A DNA stretch of 64,000 nt from Candidatus Firestoneibacteriota bacterium (GCA_903861835.1 CAIOVX010000035.1:2220-66219), one strand, 5' to 3'; counted from the stretch's first letter, positions 33,298 to 43,715 are shown. The notes: generated from the letters alone by a model not told the origin. Translations and numbers: made by a program.

Positions 33298-34752
33298 ATG
33301 GCCAGGGAATACACAACAGTAATAGGGTTGGAAGTTCATGTGCAGTTAAAAACTGAGTCAAAGCTCTTCTGCGGCTGCTCAACCGGATTTGGCGCGGAAC
33401 AGAATACTCACACCTGCCCTGTCTGCTTAGGATTGCCCGGCGTGCTTCCGGTCGCTAATCAAAAAGCAGTTGAACTTACGCTGCTAACGGCGCTGGCGCT
33501 GAACTGCGAAATTCAAAAATACAGCAAATTTGACAGAAAGAATTATTTCTATCCTGACCTGCCGAAAAACTACCAAACCTCGCAGTTTGACAAGCCTTTC
33601 TCAAAGAACGGCAGGCTTGAAATAACGGTGGACGGAGTGAAAAAGGTGATAGGCGTGACAAGGGCCCACCTGGAGGAAGATGCCGGCAAGTTGGTACATG
33701 TCGGCGCCGGAGGCCAGATTGGCTCCGCAGAAGAATCCCTGGTGGACTTAAACCGCACGGGTATTCCGCTTCTCGAGATAGTCTCAGAGCCGGATATGCG
33801 CTCTCCGCTTGAAGCTTATGAATATCTCTCAACGCTCAAGAGTTTGATCCAATACATCGGAGCTTCCGATTGCGATATGGAAAAGGGAACGCTGCGCTGC
33901 GACGCTAATGTTTCGCTGATGGAAAAAGGCGCGGATAAATTCGGAGAGAAGATAGAGATAAAGAACCTCAACTCGTTTAAGAATGTCCAGAAGGCGCTTG
34001 AATATGAGGTGGCGAGACAGACCCAGGCCCTAAATAGCGGGGAAAAACTCCGTCAGGAGACTCGCCTTTTTAACGCTGACCTCGGAGAAACTGTTCCGAT
34101 GCGCTCAAAAGAAGAGGCGCACGATTACAGGTACTTTCCGGAACCGGACCTCGTGGCTTTTGAGTTCACCGACGCTATTATAGAAGAGATACGCGCTAAA
34201 CTGGTTGAACTGCCCTCTGCCCGCACTTCCCGTTTTGCTTCACAGTACGGACTGCCGGAATATGACGCGGGGGTGCTTACGGCGGCAAAAGACACGGCCG
34301 ACTATTTTGAAAGTTGCGTTAAGCTGCTCAACAAGCCCAAAGCCCTCAGCAACCTAATAATGACCGATTTGGGCGGGTTGCTGAACGAGAATAAAATGGA
34401 AATAAAACATTCCCCTGTGACACCCGAAAATCTCGTCAAACTGGTAAAACTTGTAGAGAGCGGAACCATTAGCGGCAAAATGGCAAAGACGGTATTTGCT
34501 GAGATGTTTTCCACCAAGGGTGACCCGGAAAGTATAGTTAAAAAGAATGGGCTTGTGCAGATCTCGGATGAAGGAGCCATAGCGCAGGTAGTAGAAAAGG
34601 TTTTGACGGATAACCCAAAAGCAGTCCAGGACTTTAAGAGCGGAAATGAGAGAGCATTAGGCAGTCTTGTAGGACAGGTAATGAAGGCGACCGGAGGCAA
34701 GGCAAACCCGGCTGTAGTGAACAAACTTCTAAAGGAGAAACTAATAAAATGA
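33298..34752 (+). CDS. gatB: Asp-tRNA(Asn)/Glu-tRNA(Gln) amidotransferase subunit B
   Basis: Motifs are VIGLEVHVQLKTESKLFCGC, NTHTCPVCLGLPGVLP and YFYPDLPKNYQ(T)SQ, plus a C-terminal YqeY-like tail. Confidence 0.95.
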   Translation: MAREYTTVIGLEVHVQLKTESKLFCGCSTGFGAEQNTHTCPVCLGLPGVLPVANQKAVELTLLTALALNCEIQKYSKFDRKNYFYPDLPKNYQTSQFDKPFSKNGRLEITVDGVKKVIGVTRAHLEEDAGKLVHVGAGGQIGSAEESLVDLNRTGIPLLEIVSEPDMRSPLEAYEYLSTLKSLIQYIGASDCDMEKGTLRCDANVSLMEKGADKFGEKIEIKNLNSFKNVQKALEYEVARQTQALNSGEKLRQETRLFNADLGETVPMRSKEEAHDYRYFPEPDLVAFEFTDAIIEEIRAKLVELPSARTSRFASQYGLPEYDAGVLTAAKDTADYFESCVKLLNKPKALSNLIMTDLGGLLNENKMEIKHSPVTPENLVKLVKLVESGTISGKMAKTVFAEMFSTKGDPESIVKKNGLVQISDEGAIAQVVEKVLTDNPKAVQDFKSGNERALGSLVGQVMKATGGKANPAVVNKLLKEKLIK

Positions 34753-36692
34753 ACCAGCCGGTGAGAGTAGGACAGAGAGTAACGCTTAAGATAGACGAAC
34801 TTGCATATTCGCCGGACGGAATCGGCAGATTTGAAAATTTCATAGTTTTCGTTCCCTACTCAGCGCCGGGCGACGAGCTCGAAGTGCTGATAACGGAGGT
34901 CCGCAAGAACTTCTCGCGCGGAAAGATCGAAAAAATACTAAAACCCTCGCCTGACAGGATAGAGACGCCCTGCCCGGTTTTTGGGGAATGCGGCGGCTGT
35001 CACTGGCAGCACCTGAATTATCAAAAGCAGCTCGAGTATAAAGAAAAGATAGTAAGGAACGCTCTTAGGGCTTTCGAGGATGTTAAAATCGAGAAGACCA
35101 TACCCGCGGACGAGCACTATTATTACCGAAACAAGAGCCAGTTCCCTGTGGATGTAAACGGCAAAAAAACCGGACTTTACGCGTTAAAAAGCCACTATGT
35201 GGTTGATGTTGAGACCTGCCCTCTCATTCTGCGGGAACTCAACGAGATTTACTCATTTATCAGAAAATACCTCATTGCGAATGCCTTTCCAATCACAAAT
35301 CTCCGCCATATTGTTGTCCGGGGCAGCGAAACGAAGAAGGCTTCTTCGGTGGTCCTTGTGTTGCGTGACGGCAGCCTGGATGAAGCGACAAAACTGGCAA
35401 ATCTGCTGCGGGAGGAATTCAAGGCTATCTCCGTTCTCTTTAATATTAATAACACGGACACAAATATAATAATGGGAATGCAGACCATAATGATGTTCGG
35501 AGACGGCACTCTTGTCGAAGAATGGCCGGACATTAAATACAGCGTTTCTCCGACATCCTTCTTCCAGACTAATACCTCTCAAATGCGGAAGATGTACGAC
35601 CTTGTCAGCAGTCTTGTAAGTGAAGACTTGACTGCGGAAGCTTGCGATCTCTACTGCGGCGCAGGAACCATCTCGCTGCTCATAGCGAAGAAGTTCAGGA
35701 AAGTCATAGGCATAGACGAAGTGAAACCCGCAATAGCCGATGCTAAGCTAAATGCCGAGTTAAACAAGATTGAAAACTGTGAGTTCTTGAACGGCAGAGT
35801 TGAGGATATTACGGCTAATTCCCTGAAAACCGGATATAAACCTAAGGTCGTGATTCTTGACCCGCCGAGAAAAGGTTGCGAGAAGAGCGTACTGTTAAAC
35901 ATCGGGAAACTTGGAGCTGAGGAAGTTGTCTATGTTTCCTGTGATGTGATGACGCTGGCAAGAGACCTGCTCGAGTTGAAGGCGGCCGGCTATAAGCCGA
36001 TCTTTATACAGCCGCTAGATATGTTCCCCAACACTTTCCACGTTGAGGTAATTGTTAAGTTGATCCGCGACGAAAGTTTTATCGCTCCGGAACCTGCACC
36101 AAAAGTAGAAGTTGAAGTATCTACGGTGGCTATTCATGAAAGCGCTCCGCGTTCTTTACCCCGTGAAACAAAAATAGCACCGGTCCGCAGCAGGGAAAGT
36201 AAACCGCGCCCTTTAGCCGCGGCTGCCAAGACGGAACAAGTCCGCGAAAAAACCGCCTTTGTGAAGCAGGAAAGGCAGCATGATTCCGCGCCTGCAGAAG
36301 CGCGCCCTGTAAAAAAACACCTAAGACCTGAGCGTGATAAGGGGAGAAACCGAAAGAAGTTTTCTCCTGTAAGAAAGAGCGAGGGCTACCGCAAACAGGA
36401 ACACGTCCCCTTTCAGGGCACTACGCAGAGACAGAGAAAGTATTTATCCTCGGCAGACACTACGGGAGCGGCAGTAGTAGTTGCGGCGCGTCCAGAAAAG
36501 AAAGCTTACAGGCCTGACCGTGGAAGCCCTGCCTCACGGGAAAGAACTCCTTATGGAGGGCGCAGCAAAGGCTACAAGGGAAAATCCAAAGCGGGTGACA
36601 GGAAAGGGAAGAAATTCGGCGGGCCGTCGAAATCACGCTACAAGGGCGGCAGCAGCGGTCCAAGTAAAGGAAGAAGAGATGGCCGGCGATAA
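34749..36692 (+). CDS. 23S rRNA (uracil-C5)-methyltransferase RlmD/RumA-like, with a C-terminal basic low-complexity extension of about 210 aa
   Basis: It has a TRAM domain and the Fe-S Cys motif CPVFGECGGCHWQH. SAM-MTase motifs are FFQTN, DLYCGAGT, DPPRKG and VYVSCD. From about nt 36070 the frame continues into a K/R/P/S/G-rich tail (...GGRSKGYKGKSKAGDRKGKKFGGPSKSRYKGGSSGPSKGRRDGRR). Confidence 0.85.
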   Translation: MNQPVRVGQRVTLKIDELAYSPDGIGRFENFIVFVPYSAPGDELEVLITEVRKNFSRGKIEKILKPSPDRIETPCPVFGECGGCHWQHLNYQKQLEYKEKIVRNALRAFEDVKIEKTIPADEHYYYRNKSQFPVDVNGKKTGLYALKSHYVVDVETCPLILRELNEIYSFIRKYLIANAFPITNLRHIVVRGSETKKASSVVLVLRDGSLDEATKLANLLREEFKAISVLFNINNTDTNIIMGMQTIMMFGDGTLVEEWPDIKYSVSPTSFFQTNTSQMRKMYDLVSSLVSEDLTAEACDLYCGAGTISLLIAKKFRKVIGIDEVKPAIADAKLNAELNKIENCEFLNGRVEDITANSLKTGYKPKVVILDPPRKGCEKSVLLNIGKLGAEEVVYVSCDVMTLARDLLELKAAGYKPIFIQPLDMFPNTFHVEVIVKLIRDESFIAPEPAPKVEVEVSTVAIHESAPRSLPRETKIAPVRSRESKPRPLAAAAKTEQVREKTAFVKQERQHDSAPAEARPVKKHLRPERDKGRNRKKFSPVRKSEGYRKQEHVPFQGTTQRQRKYLSSADTTGAAVVVAARPEKKAYRPDRGSPASRERTPYGGRSKGYKGKSKAGDRKGKKFGGPSKSRYKGGSSGPSKGRRDGRR

Positions 36693-37458
36693 AAAACTCT
36701 TAGCTACAGCGGTCAGAGCCGTAAAGGAAGCCGGACGCATACACCTGAAATATTTCAGGAGACTCAAAAGTTACGGTTTCAAGGAATATGTCACAAATAT
36801 CGTGACAAAAGCCGATCTTGAGTCCGAAAAGGCTATAAAGGATATTATCCGCAAAACTTATCCTTCACACGGCTTCCTCGCCGAAGAGTCCGGGGAAGAA
36901 AACTCCACAGGAGAATACCGCTGGATAATAGACCCGCTGGACGGCACGGTTAACTATGCCCATGGCTTTCCTCTTTTTTGTTCGTCGGTTGCCGTACAGA
37001 AAAAAGGCGTCACACTGGCAGGCGCTGTCTTCGCCGCCTATATAGGTGAACTCTATACTGCAAGGAAAGGCAAAGGCGCTTTCCTCAACGGAAAACGGCT
37101 TAGGGTCTCCGGAGAGAAAAGGTTAAATAAATCACTGACAGGAACCGGCTTTCCGTATTCAATATACTTTGAACAGGGAAATCAATTCGAGCGGTTTAGA
37201 AATATTGCTACCACCGGCCCTGTGAGGCGCGGAGGAGCAGCGGCTCTTGACCTCTGCTATGTTGCCTCCGGGGTTTTTGAAGGTTTTTTCGAACAAGGGC
37301 TAAAACCCTGGGATACTGCGGCTGCAGCTCTTTTGGTTGAAGAGGCCGGCGGTAAATTAACAAATTATTCAGGCGGTAAGTTTGATATCTTCGGGAACGA
37401 AACTCTGGCATCAAACGGCAGAATACATAATCAACTTTCAAAATTACTTGCGAAGTAA
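36679..37458 (+). CDS. suhB: inositol monophosphatase family protein (SuhB-like)
   Basis: The start is placed at ATG 36679 (MAGDKKLLATAVRAVKEAG). IMPase motifs are FLAEESG, WIIDPLDGTVNYAHG and WDTAAAALLVEEAGG. The ORF-track start 36481 overlaps the upstream gene in another frame. Confidence 0.85.
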   Translation: MAGDKKLLATAVRAVKEAGRIHLKYFRRLKSYGFKEYVTNIVTKADLESEKAIKDIIRKTYPSHGFLAEESGEENSTGEYRWIIDPLDGTVNYAHGFPLFCSSVAVQKKGVTLAGAVFAAYIGELYTARKGKGAFLNGKRLRVSGEKRLNKSLTGTGFPYSIYFEQGNQFERFRNIATTGPVRRGGAAALDLCYVASGVFEGFFEQGLKPWDTAAAALLVEEAGGKLTNYSGGKFDIFGNETLASNGRIHNQLSKLLAK

Positions 37459-37511
37459 GCCCCGGAATGCAATGCAGAAAACCGGAGGCGGCTCTTTAGC
37501 GGGAGAGTCAC

Positions 37512-37976
37512 TTGGCTGACAATGATATTCTCGTAGAAAGGAGAGCCTATCCGAGATGGACCATTGATCTTGAATTAACCTTCAAGCAGGTTAAGAGCGA
37601 TAACTCAAGAGCACTCTCGCAAATACTGGCAAAAAGCTTCAAAGCTGTCACAGTGAATATTTCCGGGGGCGGAACACTGTTGCTAACTGACCATACGCTC
37701 GTCCCGGGAGAACGGCTGGATATAAATTTGCGCTTGCAAAGCTCTGAAAACGCTGTTAAAATTCTTGCCGAAGTTGCCAGGGTTGAGGCCGGTAAAGCAG
37801 CACTCAAATTTCTGAAGATTTCAACTGAAAGCGACGAACTTTTGCAGGGCATGATCCGCCAGAAAATGAGGTTCTCGGCAAGGACAAAAATGACCCAACA
37901 GGAAGCCCTTGCGCTTGCTCAGAAAGAGTTTTTTTTAAGGATGTTAGATGAAGAGCTTACTTCTCGAAATATGTGA
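37512..37976 (+). CDS. PilZ-domain protein (putative c-di-GMP receptor)
   Basis: It has the PilZ motifs RRxxxR (ERRAYPR) and (D/N)xSxxG (NISGGG) at typical spacing. Confidence 0.7.
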   Translation: MADNDILVERRAYPRWTIDLELTFKQVKSDNSRALSQILAKSFKAVTVNISGGGTLLLTDHTLVPGERLDINLRLQSSENAVKILAEVARVEAGKAALKFLKISTESDELLQGMIRQKMRFSARTKMTQQEALALAQKEFFLRMLDEELTSRNM

Positions 37977-38006
37977 TTAAATCGGAATGCTAATTTGGAG
38001 GAAAAG

Positions 38007-39359
38007 ATGAAGAATTACAAAATAGTCTTTGTTGGAGCAAGTTACCTGTTTTGCCACAGAGTCTTCAAAGACCTGGTCAAGATTGAAGAATTAAGAAACT
38101 CAACGGTAGTGCTTTTTGACATAAATCCCGAGCCTATAAAATACATCTCGGCGGTCTGCAAAATAATGAACGAAATCTCCGGGACTAACATAAAAGTTGA
38201 AGGTACGACGGACAGAAAGAAAGCGCTGGCAGGCGCTGATTACGTTATGCTTTGTATAAATGTCGGCGGTGAACGGGCCGATATGGAGGCAGGGAAGATC
38301 TGCCGCAAATATCGGATCAGCAATACAGTCGGAGACACTATGGGGCCCTCCGCGCTGGTCAGGTCTTTGAGAAACATAGAAGCGCTGATGGTAATTGTTA
38401 AGGACATGGAAAAGCTCTGCCCCGAAGCCTGGCTCATCAACTTCACAAACCCCATGAGCCAGCTGACCTCCGTGGTTCAACGGTACAGCAAGATTAAATG
38501 CGTCGGTTTATGCCATGCCATAGGCGGCGTTGAAGAGATGGTGTGCAAGATTTACGGCGCCGAGAAAAAAGAAATTAATGTTTTTGCCGCCGGAACAAAT
38601 CATTTCACCTGGGTCAAAGAAATATGGGTCAAAGGGGAGAACAAGACCGCCTCCTGGTACGGGGACTTCTGCAAATACATTACTAAACCAAAAGCAGTAA
38701 AGAAGAAGAGCAAAGACTGGCTGGAGCAGGAACGCCTTCATGAGAAATGGGATATAACGGCAAAACTCTTTAAATGGTACGGGATGATGCCGGTAGCGGG
38801 AGATAATCACATTGTGGAATTTTTCCCGCATTTCCTTGACCCTAACTCAAAGAACGGCAATGACTTCGGCCTCAAGAAGAGGGATTTCAATAAAGCTATC
38901 AAAGGTAAACTTAATTCAAAGGAACTTTTAAAGAAATGGATTTCAAGAGTTGAAGATCCCTGGGATATGGACAAACCTTCCGGAGAGGAAGCACATAACA
39001 TCATGATGTCCATCATCAGGAACAAAGGAGATATAAATCCCGCTGTAAACATCCTAAATAACGGAAGCGTAAGTAATCTGCCTGACGACTATTGCCTTGA
39101 AATACCTGCGGTTTTTGGCCAGTTTGGCTACAAAGCGCTTTCACTGGGCGCTTTAAGCAGACCGGTGGCAGAAGTTGTCGGAAGGATGGGAGCAATCCAC
39201 AAACTTACCGCTGATTCGGCAATGACGGGAGACCGAAAACTTGCCATGCAAGCTTTAATGCTGGATCCGCTCCTTAAGGATTTTAAAAACGCGGAAGTCC
39301 TTTTGGAAGAAATGCTGACAAAACAAAAACAATATTTACCGAGATTCTTTAAAAATTAA
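38007..39359 (+). CDS. glycoside hydrolase family 4 (NAD+/Mn2+-dependent alpha-glucosidase / 6-phospho-glucosidase type)
   Basis: It has the N-terminal Rossmann segment KIVFVGASY, FTNPMSQLT and VGLCHAIGG (catalytic Cys-His region). ATG 38007 is preceded by GGAGG, and the ORF-track TTG 37995 overlaps that SD. Confidence 0.8.
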   Translation: MKNYKIVFVGASYLFCHRVFKDLVKIEELRNSTVVLFDINPEPIKYISAVCKIMNEISGTNIKVEGTTDRKKALAGADYVMLCINVGGERADMEAGKICRKYRISNTVGDTMGPSALVRSLRNIEALMVIVKDMEKLCPEAWLINFTNPMSQLTSVVQRYSKIKCVGLCHAIGGVEEMVCKIYGAEKKEINVFAAGTNHFTWVKEIWVKGENKTASWYGDFCKYITKPKAVKKKSKDWLEQERLHEKWDITAKLFKWYGMMPVAGDNHIVEFFPHFLDPNSKNGNDFGLKKRDFNKAIKGKLNSKELLKKWISRVEDPWDMDKPSGEEAHNIMMSIIRNKGDINPAVNILNNGSVSNLPDDYCLEIPAVFGQFGYKALSLGALSRPVAEVVGRMGAIHKLTADSAMTGDRKLAMQALMLDPLLKDFKNAEVLLEEMLTKQKQYLPRFFKN

Positions 39360-40810
39360 TGCAGACAACTCCAAAGAAAACAAAGAGAGGAACCGCTATA
39401 CTGGGCGCTGTGGGAATAATTACCGGACTTGCCATAGCTGCAGGACTGGGCCTTTCCTCCTCAGGAAAGACTGCGTCCGGCGCGCGCCAGGCAGAGAGCC
39501 TGCAGGAGTCTTTTGTTTCAGTTTCAGAAAGCCTGGCACCGAGCGTCGTAAACATCAGCACGGAACAGGTTCTTAAATACCGCTACAACGGCTACAATTT
39601 CAACGACCTTTTTGACCGTTTCTTTAATTTAGATGAAGAAGCCCGTCCGCGCGAACGGCAGTTTAAGCGCACAGGTCTCGGCACGGGTCTTATTGTCTCC
39701 GAGGACGGCTACATTCTTACTAATTTTCACGTTATAAAAGAGATGACAAAGATCACAGTCATATTCTCAGACAAAAGCAGTTATGCCGGAAAGGTGACGG
39801 GAACGGATAAAGCCAGGGACCTCGCATTGATAAAGATAGAGCCCGGGAAAAAACTTATCAAGGCCGTTCTGGGGGATTCTTCAAAGGTAAGAGTGGGTCA
39901 ATGGGCAGTTGCGGTCGGCAATCCTTTCGGCTATGATCACACGGTAACAGCCGGTATTGTCAGCGCAACCGGGCGCGTTTTCGAAGACAGCGATGCAACC
40001 GGAGTGAGAAGACTCCCAAACCTGATACAGACAGATGCGGCAATTAACCCAGGCAATTCAGGCGGACCTCTTTCTAATATAAACGGAGAGGTAATCGGTA
40101 TAAATGTGGCGATAGTTTCTACTTCAGGTTCCTACGCCGGGATAGGTTTTGCTATACCCATAAATGACGCCAAAGAAGCAATCGCAGGAATGATGAAGAA
40201 CGGCCCTGCAAAAAGCTATTCCGCGTGGCTTGGTTTGAAACTCCAGGAACTAACAGGCGGTTTAAAAAAGAAATTTGCTGTTGAGAACGGTGCGCTTGTC
40301 AGTTTCGTTGAAGCCGGCAGCCCGGCAGCTCAAGCGGGGTTCGCCGCCGGAGACATAGTAGCAGAGGCTGACGGAATAAAGATAACAGGCACGGATCAGT
40401 TCTCGTCACTGATGAATATTAAGTTGCCGGGTCAAACAATGCGTTTCGCTGTAATCAGGAACGGCTCTGCCTTAATCGCAACACTTAAGTTAGGACAAGT
40501 GTCAGGTAAAGAGAAAGTTTTAAGCGGGGCCAATTACCTCGGGATGTATGTTTCAGACCTAACACCGGGAATGGTTGCAAAATATGACATCTCGGAACAC
40601 GCCGGCGCTGTGATAATTGCAATAGACAGGAACAGCAAAGCAATGTCTGGCGGACTAAATGAAGGAGACCTGATAGTTGAGATAGACAAGCAACCGGTCA
40701 GAAATACCGAGGATTTCAATAAAATCACCTCAAAAGCAAGCCTGGATAACGGCGTTTTGATTGTTATCACTCGCTCAGGAAAATCCATGTATACCGTGCT
40801 TTACAGATAA
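39359..40810 (+). CDS. htrA: periplasmic serine endoprotease HtrA/DegP family (trypsin domain plus two PDZ domains)
   Basis: The catalytic triad contexts are TNFHVI, RDLALIKI and GNSGGPL. Two PDZ-like segments follow (GALVSFVEAGSPAAQAG; GAVIIAIDRNSKAMSGGLNEGD). Confidence 0.9.
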   Translation: MQTTPKKTKRGTAILGAVGIITGLAIAAGLGLSSSGKTASGARQAESLQESFVSVSESLAPSVVNISTEQVLKYRYNGYNFNDLFDRFFNLDEEARPRERQFKRTGLGTGLIVSEDGYILTNFHVIKEMTKITVIFSDKSSYAGKVTGTDKARDLALIKIEPGKKLIKAVLGDSSKVRVGQWAVAVGNPFGYDHTVTAGIVSATGRVFEDSDATGVRRLPNLIQTDAAINPGNSGGPLSNINGEVIGINVAIVSTSGSYAGIGFAIPINDAKEAIAGMMKNGPAKSYSAWLGLKLQELTGGLKKKFAVENGALVSFVEAGSPAAQAGFAAGDIVAEADGIKITGTDQFSSLMNIKLPGQTMRFAVIRNGSALIATLKLGQVSGKEKVLSGANYLGMYVSDLTPGMVAKYDISEHAGAVIIAIDRNSKAMSGGLNEGDLIVEIDKQPVRNTEDFNKITSKASLDNGVLIVITRSGKSMYTVLYR

Positions 40811-40832
40811 TCCCTTCAAACGCAAGTGCTTA

Positions 40833-40861
40833 TTGACAAGTATACCTGCCTTTGATATTAT
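40833..40861 (+). promoter_or_regulatory. sigma-70-type promoter upstream of ftsK (TTGACA - 17 nt - TATTAT)
   Basis: TTGACA is at 40833-40838 and TATTAT at 40856-40861. A leader of about 100 nt precedes the ATG at 40967. Confidence 0.4.
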
Positions 40862-40966
40862 GTAAACGCAGAAAAGTTAATTAAAACAAGGCTTTTCTGA
40901 GTATCCGGTCCCTTCAAAAACGACAGCGGCGCTAAAACGAGGCCGCATCGAATAACTAGAGGAATT

Positions 40967-43051
40967 ATGAAGAAAAAGAATGAATTATTTGGCATAATCT
41001 GGTTTGCCGCGGGTCTTTTTCTTTTTATTGCTCTTATTCCGCTCAACATTCTTGGAGTTTTCGGTAAATACCTGAGTTCTGCTTTCTACCTGCTTTTCGG
41101 TTATATTTCCCTCCTATTTCCGTTACTCTTCGGTGTCATTGGATTCTATAGCTTCACGGGAAAGGAAATTGAAAAACGCCAACTAAAGGGAGCCGGTGTT
41201 TTCGCTATAATGACCGGCCTCTGCGTCTTCCAGAATCTTCTCGGCTTAGATAAGATAATGAATGTGAATTATATCAGCGCTCTTTCTGATAATGACCAGT
41301 TCGGATTATTACTGGGAAAGTTCCTGACACAATACACAGGACTCTTTGGGGCTTCTTTCATAGCGTTTCTCGCGCTGGTATTCGGCGTCTATCTGCTTGA
41401 GTTTGACGGACATGCGAAAGGGCTGATAACCCGCTGCTTTGCCTGGATCATGAGCCTCTTTAAGAACAGCGCTTCTGCTGATACTTCGCCCAAGGTGAAG
41501 CCGGCTGATAAACCTGTGAAAAGCGACATAATTATTCCCAAAATACCCGATGCGCCTGCCTCAAAAGAAGAAAAACCTCAAAAAGAGTCAAAACCTGAGA
41601 AGAGGAAGGAAGCGGTCAAAAAAAGTACCGGAGAGTCTGTAACTTATGAGCTGCCACAGATTGAACTGCTTTCCGAGAGACCGGCTCAGGTATCTACTGC
41701 CGAAGACATAAAGTTATACTCCGAAATTATTGAAAAGACTCTTGCCACCTTTGACATAAAAGTAAGAGTCATAAACGCAGTTTCCGGCCCTGTTATCACA
41801 AGGTTTGAATTAAAACCTGATGCCGGGACTAAAGTAAGCAAAATCTCCGCCCTGCAAAATGATCTGGCCTTGAACTTGAAAGCCACCAGGATACGGATCA
41901 TCGCGCCGCTTCCCGGGGTTGGCGCTGTGGGCATAGAAGTCCCAAACAAGAAACCGGTAAATGTCAGCTTGCGCGAGATGCTTGAAGACACCCAGTTCAC
42001 GGGCTCTGAAGGTAAGATGCCGGTAGTTATCGGAAAAACCGTTGACGGCAAAGCTGTTATTGCAGACCTTGCCGACATGCCGCATCTGCTCGTTGCCGGA
42101 GCAACAGGCTCGGGCAAGAGCGTCTGTCTAAACACCATCATTATGAGCTTGCTCTTCCGTTTCGATCCTTCGGAGCTCAAACTCCTGCTAATCGATCCTA
42201 AACGCGTTGAATTCAGTCTTTACCGTGATATCCCGCATCTTTATACTCCGATAATAACTGATACTAAAAAAGCGACACAGGCCCTAAAGGCCGTAAGTTT
42301 TGAGATGCATAACAGATACACAAAACTCTCGGAAATAGGCGCGCGCGACATATCTTCCTATAACGCTTCCGTGGAAGAGAGCATGAAAATGCCCTACATT
42401 GTTGTAATTATTGACGAACTGGCAGATTTAATGCTGCTTGAGGCAAGACAGGTTGAAGAGGTGATAACACGCTTGGCCCAGCTCTCGCGCGCGGTAGGCA
42501 TTCATCTGGTCTTCGCCACACAGCGCCCTTCCGCGGACATAATCACGGGCGTAATTAAAGCCAACTTCCCCTCAAGGATTGCGCTCCAAGTCTTCTCGCA
42601 GATTGATTCACGGGTCATCCTAGATACCGGAGGGGCCGAGAACCTTCTTGGGAAAGGCGATATGCTCTTTTCACTCGCTTCTTTTCCGGAGCCGGAGAGG
42701 GTTCAATGCCCTTATGTCTCTTCCGCTGAAGTGAAAATTGTTATGGAGTTTTGGAAAGGGCAGGCTAAACCGGAATACTCGCAGATTGAGGCCGCTCCTT
42801 CGTCGACAGGCTTGGATGAAGCAGGAGACGAAGACGGACTGCTAAGAAACGCCTTGATCGTGGTCAAAGAAAGAAAAAGGGCTTCGGCTACTCTGCTCAA
42901 AGGAGCGTTGCATGTCAGCGACGGCAAGGCAGCAAACCTGATCAGCCTTATGGAAACAAACGGACTAATTGGTCCTGCGCAGGGTTCAAAAGCTCGCGAC
43001 ATCTATTATGATAAAATTGAAGAGATTCTAAAGAAAAATGCTCAAAAATAA
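40967..43051 (+). CDS. ftsK: DNA translocase FtsK/SpoIIIE
   Basis: It has N-terminal TM helices, a Pro/Lys-rich linker, the motor domain with Walker A GATGSGKS and Walker B VVIIDELADL, and a C-terminal winged-helix gamma-like domain. Confidence 0.9.
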   Translation: MKKKNELFGIIWFAAGLFLFIALIPLNILGVFGKYLSSAFYLLFGYISLLFPLLFGVIGFYSFTGKEIEKRQLKGAGVFAIMTGLCVFQNLLGLDKIMNVNYISALSDNDQFGLLLGKFLTQYTGLFGASFIAFLALVFGVYLLEFDGHAKGLITRCFAWIMSLFKNSASADTSPKVKPADKPVKSDIIIPKIPDAPASKEEKPQKESKPEKRKEAVKKSTGESVTYELPQIELLSERPAQVSTAEDIKLYSEIIEKTLATFDIKVRVINAVSGPVITRFELKPDAGTKVSKISALQNDLALNLKATRIRIIAPLPGVGAVGIEVPNKKPVNVSLREMLEDTQFTGSEGKMPVVIGKTVDGKAVIADLADMPHLLVAGATGSGKSVCLNTIIMSLLFRFDPSELKLLLIDPKRVEFSLYRDIPHLYTPIITDTKKATQALKAVSFEMHNRYTKLSEIGARDISSYNASVEESMKMPYIVVIIDELADLMLLEARQVEEVITRLAQLSRAVGIHLVFATQRPSADIITGVIKANFPSRIALQVFSQIDSRVILDTGGAENLLGKGDMLFSLASFPEPERVQCPYVSSAEVKIVMEFWKGQAKPEYSQIEAAPSSTGLDEAGDEDGLLRNALIVVKERKRASATLLKGALHVSDGKAANLISLMETNGLIGPAQGSKARDIYYDKIEEILKKNAQK

Positions 43052-43694
43052 GATCAAAATACTCCTCCCGTGTATTCTGCTCGGACTGCAGCTTTCCGCA
43101 ATGACGGGAGATGAGGCCGTAAGTTATTTTGAAGCTTTTTTTGCGCAGAAAGTAACGGTTTTCAAGGCCGATATCGAGCAGGCAACATATTCGGACCTTT
43201 CAGATGTTTCTGTGATGAAAGGGCGCCTGACTCTTAAAAACCCTGATAAATTCTCAATTGAGTACGAGGAACCGGAAAAGCAGGTTGTGAAATGCGACGG
43301 CAAAGTTGTTTGGGTCTATGTGCCGTCAATGAATCAAGCGGTAACGCAAGAAGTAAAAAATGTCAAAAACCGCGACAATATTCTCTTCGGTTTTGGAAAA
43401 TTTCTCGCTACGCTGCGGCGGGACTTCAGCAACAATCTAAACAAACTGCCGGGCAAAGAAAACCTGTTGGAGATTGAGTCGGTGCCCAAAGCAGCAGGCT
43501 GTGATTTCAGAAAAGTTGTTTTTCTTGTTGACCGGGAAGTTTGGCTGCCGGTTAAGATAACCGTCTACTACACTGAGACCAGTTTTGTTTATGTGAATTT
43601 CTTTAATCCAAAGACCAATACCGGAGCGGCGGACTCGCTATTTGAGTTCACTCCGCCCGAGGGCACTACTATAGTTGAGGCGCCGCTCAAATAG
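43038..43694 (+). CDS. lolA: outer-membrane lipoprotein carrier protein LolA-like
   Basis: It has a signal peptide and the LolA-like pattern (F.A...Q......G.L.LK.PDKF...YEEPEKQVV.CDGK.VWVY). The ftsK-lolA adjacency is conserved, as in E. coli. Confidence 0.7.
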   Translation: MLKNKIKILLPCILLGLQLSAMTGDEAVSYFEAFFAQKVTVFKADIEQATYSDLSDVSVMKGRLTLKNPDKFSIEYEEPEKQVVKCDGKVVWVYVPSMNQAVTQEVKNVKNRDNILFGFGKFLATLRRDFSNNLNKLPGKENLLEIESVPKAAGCDFRKVVFLVDREVWLPVKITVYYTETSFVYVNFFNPKTNTGAADSLFEFTPPEGTTIVEAPLK

Positions 43695-43715
43695 GCGCCC
43701 GTGAAAGGAGAGGCA

